A stretch of 64,000 bases of DNA from contig JANWWU010000066.1 in the NCBI GenBank assembly GCA_025055595.1, positions 11,147 through 75,146 on the forward strand, in the 5' to 3' direction. Source of the stretch: Planctomycetota bacterium (lineage in GTDB: Bacteria; Planctomycetota; UBA11346). Below, piece after piece: positions 1 through 8,753 of this stretch (positions within the stretch are counted from its first letter, which is position 1; each line of letters begins with the position of its first letter). The notes beneath the pieces are model-generated. The model had not been told where the DNA came from and searched no databases. It saw only the letters and a program-made list of their open reading frames with translations. The translations under genes and the position numbers were made by a program.

Positions 1-2
1 AA

Positions 3-599
3 GCCGCCGCCGAGCTCGCCGCCCTCGACAAGCCCTGGCTGCTGGCCGAGTGCGGCTATCAGGGCCGCGAAGCCGACAACCGCGGCAACGAGCTCGACCG
101 CGAGGGCCTGCTCGTCCGCCAGCTCAGTTGGGCCGGGCTGCTGCTCGGCGGCTGCGGCAGCGGCCACAGCTGGTGGTGGGACAGCTACCTCGAGCGCCAC
201 GACCTGTGGTCGCTCTACGGTCCGCTGGTCCGGCTGGCGGCGCTGCTCGAGTGGCGCGACCGCGAGCTGGCGCCGCTGACGCCGAACGCCGACGGCGCGC
301 TGCGCCTCTACGGCTGGACCTCGCCCAGCCAGGCCCTGCTGTGGCCGGTGCATCGCTACGACACCTGGTACGAGGCGGTGGCGCGCGGCCGCCCGCGCCC
401 GGTGCCGCGCGCCCCGGTGAGCGTGGTCCTCGCCGGCTTCGCCCCGCGCGCCGCCTACCGCGTCGCGGCCTACAGCCTGCGCGACGGGCGGCGCGGGGCG
501 ACATGGACGCAGGCGGCGCGCGGCGACGGCACGCTGGAGCTCGTGATTCCGCCCGGCACCATCGACACCGTGTTCCACCTGCTGCGCGAGGGGCCGTGA
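3..599 (+). CDS. hypothetical protein, C-terminal fragment (5' end outside window)
   Basis: Frame-3 translation from the window start is open and non-degenerate (…HSWWWDSYLERHDLWSLYGPLV…TIDTVFHLLREGP*). It matches track ORF 348..599 extended upstream. Its stop overlaps the GTG of the next gene (GTGA). No confident family assignment. Confidence 0.45.
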   Translation, partial: AAAELAALDKPWLLAECGYQGREADNRGNELDREGLLVRQLSWAGLLLGGCGSGHSWWWDSYLERHDLWSLYGPLVRLAALLEWRDRELAPLTPNADGALRLYGWTSPSQALLWPVHRYDTWYEAVARGRPRPVPRAPVSVVLAGFAPRAAYRVAAYSLRDGRRGATWTQAARGDGTLELVIPPGTIDTVFHLLREGP

Positions 600-2413
600 C
601 CGTCCTCCATCCCTTCCTGCTCGCCGGCCTGGCGGCGGTGGCGGTGCCGATCCTGATCCACCTCCTGCTGCGCGAACGGCCGCGCCCGCTGCCCTGGGCC
701 GCGATGCGCTGGCTGCAGGCCGCGCAGCAGCGCGCCCTGCGGCGCTGGCGGCTGACCAACTGGCTGCTGCTCGCCCTGCGCTGCCTGGCGGTGGCCCTGC
801 TCGCCCTCGCCGTCGCCCGGCCGGCCCTGCCCGGTCTCGGCGACGGCGAACAGCTCGTGCTGATCGTCGACCGCAGCGCCTCGATGGGTCCGCTGCACGA
901 CGACCCGGGCGCCCTGGCCGAGGCCCAGGCCCGCCTGGCCCAGGCCGAGCTGCCCTATGCGCGCTGGACCCTGATCGCGGTCGGCGCTCCCGGCATCGTC
1001 GGCAGCGAAGGGACGGAGCTGCTCGCCAGCGGCAGCCCGGCGACGGTGCGCGAGGCGCTGTCCCGCCTCCGCGCCCTGCCGCTGCCCGGAGGGCTGGACG
1101 GCGCCGCGCTCGAGGCGGTCAGCGCCGCCCTCGCGCCGGGCTGCGATGTCCTGCTCGTCTCCGACTTCCGGCAAGACGAGGGACGGCGGCTGGCGGCGCA
1201 CTGCGCGCGCGTCGCGCGCCGGGTCGCGCGCTGGGCGGTCGGCGAGCCGCGGCCCAATCGCCGCTTCGCCAGCGCCCCGCTCGCTCCCGACCTGCGCGCC
1301 GGCGAGCCGGGGGAGCTGCGCCTCGCGCTCGCCGGCCCAGCCGGGCCGCTGCGCCTCGGCCTCGGCGCCGCGCCGCCGGTGCGCGTCGCCGAGCGCGCCA
1401 GCGGCGAGCTGCGCCTGCCGCTCCCGGCCCTGCCCGCCGGCCAGCACCGGCTCCAGCTGCAGCTCGATGCCGGCGGCCTGCTCTACGACGATCGCCTCGA
1501 ACTCGCGCTCTCCGTGCCGCCGCCGCTGCCGGCGCTGGTCGTCGCCGATCGCCTCGACTACGCGGCCGCCGCCGTCCTCGCCAGCGATGGCAGCGTCGAG
1601 CCGCAGCGCATCCTGCCCGGAGCCTTCCCCGGCACGCCGCTGCCGAGCGGCGGCGCCGTGATCCTGCGCGCCCCGGTGCCCGATGCCCATCGCCTGGCGA
1701 GCTGGGTGCGCGGCGGCGGGGTCCTGTGGGCGGAAGCCCGGCTGCTCGCCGCCGACCCCGCGCTCGCCGCCCTGCTCAGCCTGCGCCTCGACGGCGCGCC
1801 GCGCCCCGGCGGCCCCTACCGCAGCGGCGAGCCCGACCTCGACGAGACGCTGGCGGTCGCCAGCCGCGCGCAGGTCCCCTCGTGCAGCGTCCCGGACGCG
1901 GCCCGCGTCCTGCTCTCGGCCGGCGAAGCGCCGCTGGTCGTCGCTCTGCCGGTCGGCCTCGGCTGGCTCGCCGTCGAGCTCGTCCCGCTCGCCAGCGACG
2001 CCGACTTCATCGCCCGCCCGACCGTCCCGCTGTGGGTGCTGCGCAGCCTGCGCGCGCTGAGCGGCGCTGCCCAGCAGCCGCTGTCGCTGACAGCCGGCGC
2101 GCCGGCGCCGCGCGCTCTGCAGCTCGTCCGCGAAGGCCGCCACGCCGCGCTGCGCGCCGGCGAACCCGTCCTGCTGGCGCCCGGCACCTGGGAAGCCGAA
2201 GGGCGCCAGGCCCTGGTGCTGCCCGATCCCGAAGAAGGGCGCACCGAGGTCCGGGCCTCGCCCGAGATCAGCCGCGACCTGGCGACGGCGTTGCCGCAGC
2301 GCCCCGGCCGCGATCTCGGCTGGCCGCTGCTGCTGGCCGCGGCGCTGGTCCTCGCCGGCGAGCTGGCCCTCGCACGCTGGGCCGCGCAGCGCTACGGAGC
2401 GAGCAGTGGCTGA
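596..2413 (+). CDS. BatA-like membrane protein with N-terminal double-transmembrane domain (TIGR02226-like motif VLHPFLLAGLAAVAVPILIHLL) and vWA-like region (LVLIVDRSASMG)
   Basis: In-frame GTG at 596 inside track ORF 50..2413. The upstream part of that ORF is Arg-rich junk. The motif 'PxxLxxLxxxxIPIxIHL' is typical of the aerotolerance/BatA N-terminal domain, and a vWA DxSxS motif follows. Confidence 0.65.
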   Translation: MTVLHPFLLAGLAAVAVPILIHLLLRERPRPLPWAAMRWLQAAQQRALRRWRLTNWLLLALRCLAVALLALAVARPALPGLGDGEQLVLIVDRSASMGPLHDDPGALAEAQARLAQAELPYARWTLIAVGAPGIVGSEGTELLASGSPATVREALSRLRALPLPGGLDGAALEAVSAALAPGCDVLLVSDFRQDEGRRLAAHCARVARRVARWAVGEPRPNRRFASAPLAPDLRAGEPGELRLALAGPAGPLRLGLGAAPPVRVAERASGELRLPLPALPAGQHRLQLQLDAGGLLYDDRLELALSVPPPLPALVVADRLDYAAAAVLASDGSVEPQRILPGAFPGTPLPSGGAVILRAPVPDAHRLASWVRGGGVLWAEARLLAADPALAALLSLRLDGAPRPGGPYRSGEPDLDETLAVASRAQVPSCSVPDAARVLLSAGEAPLVVALPVGLGWLAVELVPLASDADFIARPTVPLWVLRSLRALSGAAQQPLSLTAGAPAPRALQLVREGRHAALRAGEPVLLAPGTWEAEGRQALVLPDPEEGRTEVRASPEISRDLATALPQRPGRDLGWPLLLAAALVLAGELALARWAAQRYGASSG

Positions 2414-4550
2414 ATCCGAAGTGACGCTGGTGTTCGCGGCGCTCGACGAGCCCTGGCAGGGGCTCCTGCTCGTCGCCGGCGCGCTCGCCGCCGCGCTCGC
2501 CGCCTGGCGTTGGTACGGGCCAGCCCCGCCCGGGGCGTGGGGCGCGGCGGCGCGCGGCTGCCGCGCCCTGGCCTGCGCCCTGCTCGTCCTGCTGCTCGGC
2601 CAGCCGAGCGCGCAGTGGACGACGATCGCCAGCAGCCCCGGCGGCGTGCTGCTGGCGATCGACACCAGCGCCTCGATGGGGCGCGCCGACGCGACCGGCG
2701 GTGCGACGCGGATCGCGATCGCCGAGCAGCTGCGCCAGCAGCTGCTGGCCGAGGCCGAGGCGCGGCGCATGCGCCTCGCCGTCCACGCGCTCGACGCCGC
2801 CGGCAGCCCGCTGAGCGAGCCGCCGCGCGCGCACGAGCCATCGAGCCCGCTCGGCGACGCCGTCGTCGCCCTCGTCGAGCAGCGCCGGCCCGAGGTCCTG
2901 ATCATCGCCAGCGACGGGCGGGTCACCAGCGGCTCCTCGCTCGCCGCCGCCGGCGAGCGCCTGCGCGGCCGCGAGCTGCGCGTGTTCGCGCTGGCCCTCG
3001 GCAGCCAGCGCCTCGACCCCGAGCTGTTCATCGACGAAGTGCTGGTCAACCGCGAGGCCGCGCTCGACGAGCTCGAGCCGGTGACGGTGCGGCTGTCGGC
3101 GCGCGCCCTGCCGCCGGAGCCGCTGGTCGTCGAGCTCGCGGTCGACGACGAGACGGTGGACCGCGTCGCCCTCGAACCGCCGGCCGAGCGCGAGCAGCTG
3201 CAGGCCTTGACCGCGCGCCTCGCCGCCACCCTGCGCCGGCGCGGGCCGGCGCAGCTCGCGGTCCGCGCGCGCTGCGGTCAGCTCGAGCGCCAGCAGCGCC
3301 TGCAGGTGACGGTCAGCGAACGGCGGCTGACGGCGCTGCTGCTCGAGCGCGAGCCGCGCTACGAGCTGCGCTACCTGCGCGAGGCGCTCAAGCGCGACAG
3401 CGGGGCGACGGTGCACGCCTACCTCGCCGATCCCCGCTGGCGACGCTGGGGCGGCGAGGGTCCCGAGCGCCTGCCGCTGACCGCGGGCGAGCTCGCCCCT
3501 TACGATGCGATCATCCTCGGCGATCTCGGCGCCGAGGCCTTCCGCAGCAGCGACCTGGCGGCGCTCGCTGCCCATGTGCGGACGACCGGCGCCGGCCTGA
3601 TTCTGATTCCCGGCGAGAGCGGGGCCGCCGCCAGCCTCGCCCACAGCCCGCTCGCCGAGCTGCTGCCGGCCGAGCTCGGCGACAGCGCGCAGCTGGCCCG
3701 CGGCTACCGCGAGCAGCGCCCGCGCCGCCTGCAGCGGACGGCGCTCGCCGCATCGCTCGGCGTCCTCGACAGCGGCGGCCAGCCCTGGGAGCAGCTCGCC
3801 CCCCTGCTCGGCGCCGCCGCCCTGCAGCCGCGGCCCGGCAGCGAGGTGCTGGCCACCGATCAGGACGGCGCGGCGCTGGTCGTCGCACGCAGCGCCGGCG
3901 CCGGCCGCGTCGTGCTGATCGGCGTCGACGACTGCTGGCGCTGGCGGCGCGGCGTCGGCGACCGCTACCTGCACCGCTTCCACAGCCAGCTGCTGCGCTT
4001 CGCCGCCGCCGCGCGGCGGCCCGGCAGCGAGCCCTGGCGGATCACGGTCAGCCCGCGCCGCGCCGCCGTCGGGGAGCCGGTGGTCGTCGATGTCCAGCCC
4101 GCCCCGGGCCTCGAGCTGGAGGCGCCCGAGGAGCTGACCCTGCGCCTCAGCGGGCCCGACGACGCGAGCCTGGTCGTGCCCGCGCAGCGGCGCGGCCGCG
4201 GCTACAGCGCCCGCCTCGCCGCCCCCGCCCCGGGAACCTGGAAGATCTCCCCCGCCTCCGGGCTGCCGAGCGCGCGCGTCGAGAGCGGCGAGCTGACCGT
4301 GCTGGCCAGCGACGACGAGCGCCGCGACCCGCGCGCCGACCCCGAGGCCCTGCGCGCCTTCGCTGCCGCCCTCGGCGGCCAGGTGTTCACCGATCCCGCG
4401 GCCCTGCTCGCCGCCTTGCCGCGCGATCTCGCGCAGAGCAGCGCCGTCGTCAGCCAGCAGGGGCTGTGGGACACGGCCTGGGCCTTCCTGCTGCTTCTCG
4501 CCCTGCTCGCCGCCGAGTGGACGATCCGCCGCCGCCAGCGCCTGCCCTAG
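2406..4550 (+). CDS. membrane protein with vWA-like (LLAIDTSASMG) and class-I glutamine-amidotransferase-like (ThuA/DUF1355-like, YDAIILGDLG…GLILIPGESG) domains; C-terminal TM helix
   Basis: Track ORF 2406..4550. GTG start overlapping the upstream stop by 8 nt. Non-degenerate composition. Domain motifs read directly from the translation. Confidence 0.6.
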   Translation: MAESEVTLVFAALDEPWQGLLLVAGALAAALAAWRWYGPAPPGAWGAAARGCRALACALLVLLLGQPSAQWTTIASSPGGVLLAIDTSASMGRADATGGATRIAIAEQLRQQLLAEAEARRMRLAVHALDAAGSPLSEPPRAHEPSSPLGDAVVALVEQRRPEVLIIASDGRVTSGSSLAAAGERLRGRELRVFALALGSQRLDPELFIDEVLVNREAALDELEPVTVRLSARALPPEPLVVELAVDDETVDRVALEPPAEREQLQALTARLAATLRRRGPAQLAVRARCGQLERQQRLQVTVSERRLTALLLEREPRYELRYLREALKRDSGATVHAYLADPRWRRWGGEGPERLPLTAGELAPYDAIILGDLGAEAFRSSDLAALAAHVRTTGAGLILIPGESGAAASLAHSPLAELLPAELGDSAQLARGYREQRPRRLQRTALAASLGVLDSGGQPWEQLAPLLGAAALQPRPGSEVLATDQDGAALVVARSAGAGRVVLIGVDDCWRWRRGVGDRYLHRFHSQLLRFAAAARRPGSEPWRITVSPRRAAVGEPVVVDVQPAPGLELEAPEELTLRLSGPDDASLVVPAQRRGRGYSARLAAPAPGTWKISPASGLPSARVESGELTVLASDDERRDPRADPEALRAFAAALGGQVFTDPAALLAALPRDLAQSSAVVSQQGLWDTAWAFLLLLALLAAEWTIRRRQRLP

Positions 4551-4591
4551 CCGGCGGCTGGCGATGGGCCGTCACTGGCTACGCTAGGGCC

Positions 4592-5782
4592 ATGCCCGCC
4601 GTCGTCATCAATCCCCGCATCCGCGGCTTCATCTGCACCACCGCCCACCCCGCCGGCTGCGCCGCCGAGACCGCCTCCCTGATCGAGCTGGCGCGCCGCA
4701 GCGGCCCGGGTCGGGGCCTCGGCTGCGCGCTGGTCGTCGGCGCGAGCATGGGCTACGGCCTGGCCTCGCTCGCCACCGCGATGTTCGGCTACGGAGCCGA
4801 CGCCGTCGCGGTGTGCCTGGAGCGCGCGGCCAGCGGCGACAAGCCGGGCAGCGCCGGCTTCTACAACCTCGCCGAGGTGCAGCGCCAGGCGCGCGCCGCC
4901 GGCCGGCGCCTGACAGTGATCAATGCCGACGCCTTCGCCCATGCGACGCGCGCCGAGGCGATCGCCGCCCTGCGCCGCCTCGGCCGCCCGCTCGACCTCG
5001 TCGTCTACTCGCTGGCCAGCCCGCGCCGCAAGGACCCCGATGGCGACGCCGTGTGGACGAGCGTCCTCAAGCCGCTCGGCCAGCCCTACACCGCGAAGAC
5101 GATCGACCTCGACAACGACCAGGTCAAGGAGATCACCCTCGCGCCGGCGAGCGAGGCCGAGCGGCAGGCGACGATCAAGGTGATGGGCGGCGAGGACTGG
5201 GAGCTGTGGATCGCCGCCCTCGAGCAGGCCGGGCTGCTCGCTCAGGGCTGCCGCAGCGTCACCTACAGCTACATCGGGCCGGCGATCACCCACCCAATCT
5301 ACCGCGCCGGCACGATCGGCGCCGCCAAGGAGCACCTCGAAGCGACGGCGCGCCGCCTGCATGCGCGCCTGGCAGCGCGCGGCGGCGGCGCCTGGGTCAG
5401 CGTCAACAAGGCCCTGGTCACCCAGGCCTCGAGCGCGATCCCGGTCGTCCCGCTCTACATCAGCCTGCTGTTCGCGGTGATGAAGGAGCGCGGCACGCAC
5501 GAGGACACCGGCGAGCAGATCGTCCGCCTGTTCCGTGATCACCTGGCGCCCGGCCGCCAGCCGGCGCTCGATGCCGAGCAGCGCATCCGCATCGACGACC
5601 GCGAGATGGATCCGGCGGTGCAGGAGGAGGTCGCGCGGCGCTGGCAGCTGGTCAGCAGCGAGAACCTCCGCCAGCTCAGCGACTACGAGGGCTTCAAGAC
5701 CGCCTTCCGCCGCCTCTTCGGCTTCGCCGTCCCGGGCATCGACTACAGCGCGCCGGTCGAGGTCGCGGCCAGCCTCGACTAG
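4592..5782 (+). CDS. fabV: trans-2-enoyl-CoA/ACP reductase FabV (TER family)
   Basis: ATG at 4592 inside track ORF 2510..5782; everything upstream in that frame is spurious. The N-terminus MPAVVINPRIRGFICTTAHPAGCAAE matches the canonical FabV start (…PRVRGFICxTAHPxGCE…). Length is 396 aa. Confidence 0.9.
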   Translation: MPAVVINPRIRGFICTTAHPAGCAAETASLIELARRSGPGRGLGCALVVGASMGYGLASLATAMFGYGADAVAVCLERAASGDKPGSAGFYNLAEVQRQARAAGRRLTVINADAFAHATRAEAIAALRRLGRPLDLVVYSLASPRRKDPDGDAVWTSVLKPLGQPYTAKTIDLDNDQVKEITLAPASEAERQATIKVMGGEDWELWIAALEQAGLLAQGCRSVTYSYIGPAITHPIYRAGTIGAAKEHLEATARRLHARLAARGGGAWVSVNKALVTQASSAIPVVPLYISLLFAVMKERGTHEDTGEQIVRLFRDHLAPGRQPALDAEQRIRIDDREMDPAVQEEVARRWQLVSSENLRQLSDYEGFKTAFRRLFGFAVPGIDYSAPVEVAASLD

Positions 5783-6105
5783 GGGCGCGGGTACAGGTAG
5801 GCGACGATGACGAAGGGCCGGCCGTCGATCTGCACCACCTGCCAGGAGTGGATGACGAAGGGCGTGACGCGCGTCGTGTTGCGCGTCGGCGAATAGCGCA
5901 GCGCGAGGTTCGCGGTGTCGACGATGCGCCCCGCGCTCAGCGGGAAGGCCTCGATGCAGCACTCCCACTTCGCGGCCTCGGCGATCGGCAGCGGCTCGAG
6001 GAGCTGGACGACCGCCGGCTCCGGCGGCGCAAGCGGCGCTTCGCCACCGCCCAACGCCGCGAGCGCGGCCGCCAGCGCTGCTGCACGGATGCCGCCGGTT
6101 TTCAT
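5779..6105 (-). CDS. small secreted hypothetical protein (signal peptide MKTGGIRAAALAAALAALG)
   Basis: Track ORF. Composition is not Arg-biased (W, C, F, Y, H and N present). It lies 48 nt downstream of aat on the same strand. Convergent 4-nt overlap with fabV. Confidence 0.4.
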   Translation of the reverse strand: MKTGGIRAAALAAALAALGGGEAPLAPPEPAVVQLLEPLPIAEAAKWECCIEAFPLSAGRIVDTANLALRYSPTRNTTRVTPFVIHSWQVVQIDGRPFVIVAYLYPRP

Positions 6106-6153
6106 CGCGCTTCTTGCGCAGTATCGCCTGGGCCGCCGGCGCGCAAGGCGCGG

Positions 6154-6777
6154 CTAGCCGGCGCGCGGCCAAGGCCGTGGCGGCGGCGCCTCGGCGAGCA
6201 AGCGCGCGTACTCCGCGTCGCTGACCTCGTAGGCCCCGAAGCGCGCCATATGCGCGCTCTGCTGCTGGCAGTCGAGCACGGAGTAGCCGAGGTCCTGGAG
6301 CAGGGCGACGAGGTGCACGACGCAGGCCTTGGCGGCGTCGTCGACGCGGTGGAACATGCTCTCGCCGCTGAAGCAGCCGCCGACCGCCAGGCCGTAGAGG
6401 CCGCCGACCAGCTTCCCGTCCCCGTCCCAGGCTTCGACCGAGTGCGCGTGCCCGCGCCGGTGCAGCTCGCAGTAGAGGGCCTCGATGTCGCGGCCGATCC
6501 AGGTGTCGGGACGCTCGGCGCAGGCCGCGATCACCGCGGCGAAATCGCGGTCGACCGTCAGGCGGAAGGGCCGGCGGTTGCGCAGGACCTTGGCCAGGCT
6601 GCGCGGGACGCGGTAACGGTCCCAGGTGATGATCGCGCGCCGCAGCGGGCGGTACCAGGCGATCGGCGCCGCGCGGTGCTCGCACATCGGGAAGCAGCGC
6701 AGGCGATAGGCGGCGAGCACGGTGTCCGGCGTCACCGGATAGCCGTCGAGGTCGCGGATGTCGGCCGGCTCAGCCAT
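6154..6777 (-). CDS. aat: leucyl/phenylalanyl-tRNA--protein transferase
   Basis: Track ORF. Carries the conserved Aat core …GGLYGLAVGGCFSGESMFH…. Confidence 0.9.
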   Translation of the reverse strand: MAEPADIRDLDGYPVTPDTVLAAYRLRCFPMCEHRAAPIAWYRPLRRAIITWDRYRVPRSLAKVLRNRRPFRLTVDRDFAAVIAACAERPDTWIGRDIEALYCELHRRGHAHSVEAWDGDGKLVGGLYGLAVGGCFSGESMFHRVDDAAKACVVHLVALLQDLGYSVLDCQQQSAHMARFGAYEVSDAEYARLLAEAPPPRPWPRAG

Positions 6778-7396
6778 CGAGGACCGCGAGCAGCTCGGCG
6801 GGGCTGGCGACGACCGCGGTCGCCGGGGCCTCCCCGCGCTGGCCGAAGCCCCAGGCGCAGAACGCCGCGCGCAGGCCGGCGGCCTGCGCCGCCCACAGGT
6901 CGGTGTGGTGATCGCCGATCATCCAGCTCTGCGCGCGTTCCGCCGCGCAGGCCGCGAGCAGCTCCTCGAGCATCGCCGGATCCGGCTTCTTCGTGGCGTC
7001 GCCGCCGCGCAGCGCATCGCAGGGCAGGCCGAGCCGCTCGATGATCGGCGCCGCGAAGGCCAGCGGCTTGTTGGTGGCGACGGCGAGGCGCCAGCCGCGC
7101 GCGCGCAGGGCCTGCAGCGCCTCGGGGATCCCGGGATAGGGGCGGGTGTGGGCAGTCAGCCGCGTCGCGTAGTCGGCGCGGAAGGCGGCCATCGCTCGCG
7201 CCCGCTGCTCGGCGCTGCAGCCCGGGGTCAGGCGCTCGATCAGCTTGCCGGCCCCGTCGCCGATCATGCCGACGATGCGCTCGAGCGGCAGCGGCGGCAG
7301 GCCGAGCGCGGCGCGCGCCGCGTTCCCGGCGTCGGCGAGGTCGCGCCGGCTGTCGACCAGTGTGCCGTCGAGATCGAAGATCGCCAGGCGATTCAT
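6770..7396 (-). CDS. gph: HAD-family phosphoglycolate phosphatase-like hydrolase
   Basis: M at residue 150 of track ORF 6770..7843 (MNRLAIFDLDGTLVDS…), followed by the HAD motifs. A 'cat' is seen at 7394-7396 on the + strand. The ATGA overlap with the upstream gene and an 8-nt overlap with aat support an operon. Confidence 0.85.
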   Translation of the reverse strand: MNRLAIFDLDGTLVDSRRDLADAGNAARAALGLPPLPLERIVGMIGDGAGKLIERLTPGCSAEQRARAMAAFRADYATRLTAHTRPYPGIPEALQALRARGWRLAVATNKPLAFAAPIIERLGLPCDALRGGDATKKPDPAMLEELLAACAAERAQSWMIGDHHTDLWAAQAAGLRAAFCAWGFGQRGEAPATAVVASPAELLAVLDG

Positions 7397-8322
7397 CGAG
7401 CGGGCCAGGGATCGCCCCAGCGGCAGCGGCGCGCCGCCGGCCACGCGGGGTCGCGGGGGTAGACGGTGCGCTGCTGCGCGCCCTGTCCATCGCAAACCAG
7501 CACGCTGATCCCGCCGCCGCGGCGCGCCGGCGGCGCGAGCACGCGGCCGGCCGCGAGCGGCGCCCCCTGGCGGCGCGCCAGCAGCCAGGCGAATCGCTCT
7601 TCCTCCCACCCGAGCAGCGCCCCGCCCTTGAGGTGGCGCTGACGACGATGGCGCGGCAGGCGCACCGCGAAGTGGCACCAGCCCCAACCGGCGGTCGGCA
7701 GCGGGCAGGGCCCCTCGTGCGGGCAGGGCGCCACCAGGCGCGCACCGAGCGCGAGCAGCTGGCAGCGCGCGGCCTGCACCACGGCGGCCCCGGCCGGGGT
7801 CCCGGGCTCGACGAGCAGCAGGCCATCGCCCGCGCGCTCCCAAGCCCAGGCGAGCGCCGCGGCGCGCGCCGCGCTCGGCAGCTCGCCGAGGCTGTAGGCG
7901 AAGAGCACGCCATCGTGTACCGGCAGCGCGGACGGCGGCTGCCGCAGGTCGGCCTCCAGCCAGCGCGCCTCCGGCGCCAGCCGCGCGCCGAGCGCGCGCA
8001 GCGCCGGCGAGCGCTCCACGGCGGTGCAGAGTTCAAGCTGCGGGCAGCGCCAGCGCGCCGCCCACCAGCCGGCGCCGCAGCCGGCGCCGAGGTCGAGCAG
8101 ACTGCGCCAGGGCGGGGGGCCGGCGCGGCGCAGGGCCTCGGCGATCGCCGCCACCGTCGCCGGCATCCGCGCCCAGGCGTAGGCCAAGGCGCTCGCCGCC
8201 TCGTCGATCTCGGCCCGGCCCTGGGCGCGATAGGCCGCCTGCAGGCGCTGCCAGGCGCTGGCGGCCTCCGCGGCCGAGGGCAGGGCGTCGAGCGCCGCCC
8301 ACAGCTCCGGCGGCAGGGTCAT
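7393..8322 (-). CDS. Rsm22-like (COG5459) SAM-dependent methyltransferase
   Basis: M at residue 201 of track ORF 7393..8922 (MTLPPELWAALDALP…). The GxGxG-like segment LLDLGAGCGAGWW is present. The upstream 200 codons of the ORF are Arg-rich junk. A 'cat' is seen at 8320-8322. Confidence 0.7.
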   Translation of the reverse strand: MTLPPELWAALDALPSAAEAASAWQRLQAAYRAQGRAEIDEAASALAYAWARMPATVAAIAEALRRAGPPPWRSLLDLGAGCGAGWWAARWRCPQLELCTAVERSPALRALGARLAPEARWLEADLRQPPSALPVHDGVLFAYSLGELPSAARAAALAWAWERAGDGLLLVEPGTPAGAAVVQAARCQLLALGARLVAPCPHEGPCPLPTAGWGWCHFAVRLPRHRRQRHLKGGALLGWEEERFAWLLARRQGAPLAAGRVLAPPARRGGGISVLVCDGQGAQQRTVYPRDPAWPAARRCRWGDPWPAR

Positions 8323-8753
8323 GCGCGCTGCACCGGCCCCGGCTGGCGCTGCCGCGCCAGGGCGAGGGTCCCGCCGTCGAGCAGCCACAGCGCCGCGCCC
8401 TCGCGGCTCTCGTCGGCGCCGAGCAGACCGCGCGGCAGGTCGTCGAGCGCCAGCTCCGCGTCGTCCAGCCGCTCGAGCGGCAGCTGCCAGCCTTGCCAGG
8501 TGGCGACGGCGAAGAGATCGGTGAGCAGGGCATCGAGGCCCGCGCGGTCGCGGCGGGCGACGCTGGCGAGATCGCCGGCCTCCAGCTCGCCGGCCAGGCG
8601 CAGGCAGCGGCGCAGGTGCTCGGCGAGGCCGCGCTCGGCGAGCCAGACCAGCTCGCGCTCGACCAGCGCGCGGTAGCGCGCCAGCAGCGGCGGCGCGGTC
8701 AGCGCCGCGACCAGGCTCGGCGGATCGACGCGGTAGCGCTCGCAGCGGTTCAC
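8319..8753 (-). CDS. hypothetical protein (~144 aa) hidden in the tail of a longer spurious ORF
   Basis: The last ~144 codons of track ORF 8319..11144 have clean composition (VNRCERYRVDPPSLVAALTAPPLLARYRALVERELVWLAERGLAEHLRRC…). A GTG start overlaps the stop of the upstream peptidase gene (GTGA). Its own stop overlaps the ATG of the Rsm22-like gene (ATGA). It fills an otherwise 427-bp gap inside a tightly coupled operon. Confidence 0.5.
   Translation of the reverse strand: MNRCERYRVDPPSLVAALTAPPLLARYRALVERELVWLAERGLAEHLRRCLRLAGELEAGDLASVARRDRAGLDALLTDLFAVATWQGWQLPLERLDDAELALDDLPRGLLGADESREGAALWLLDGGTLALARQRQPGPVQRA

Noticed and set aside
470-3229. 919-aa minus-strand ORF antisense to the BatA-like genes, plus similar long ORFs (124..759 -, 2268..3983 -, 2510..4591 portion +)
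   Set aside because: They are extremely Arg/Ala/Gly/Pro-rich and low-complexity, and antisense or out-of-frame to genes with recognisable families. This is the typical spurious ORF of >70% GC DNA.
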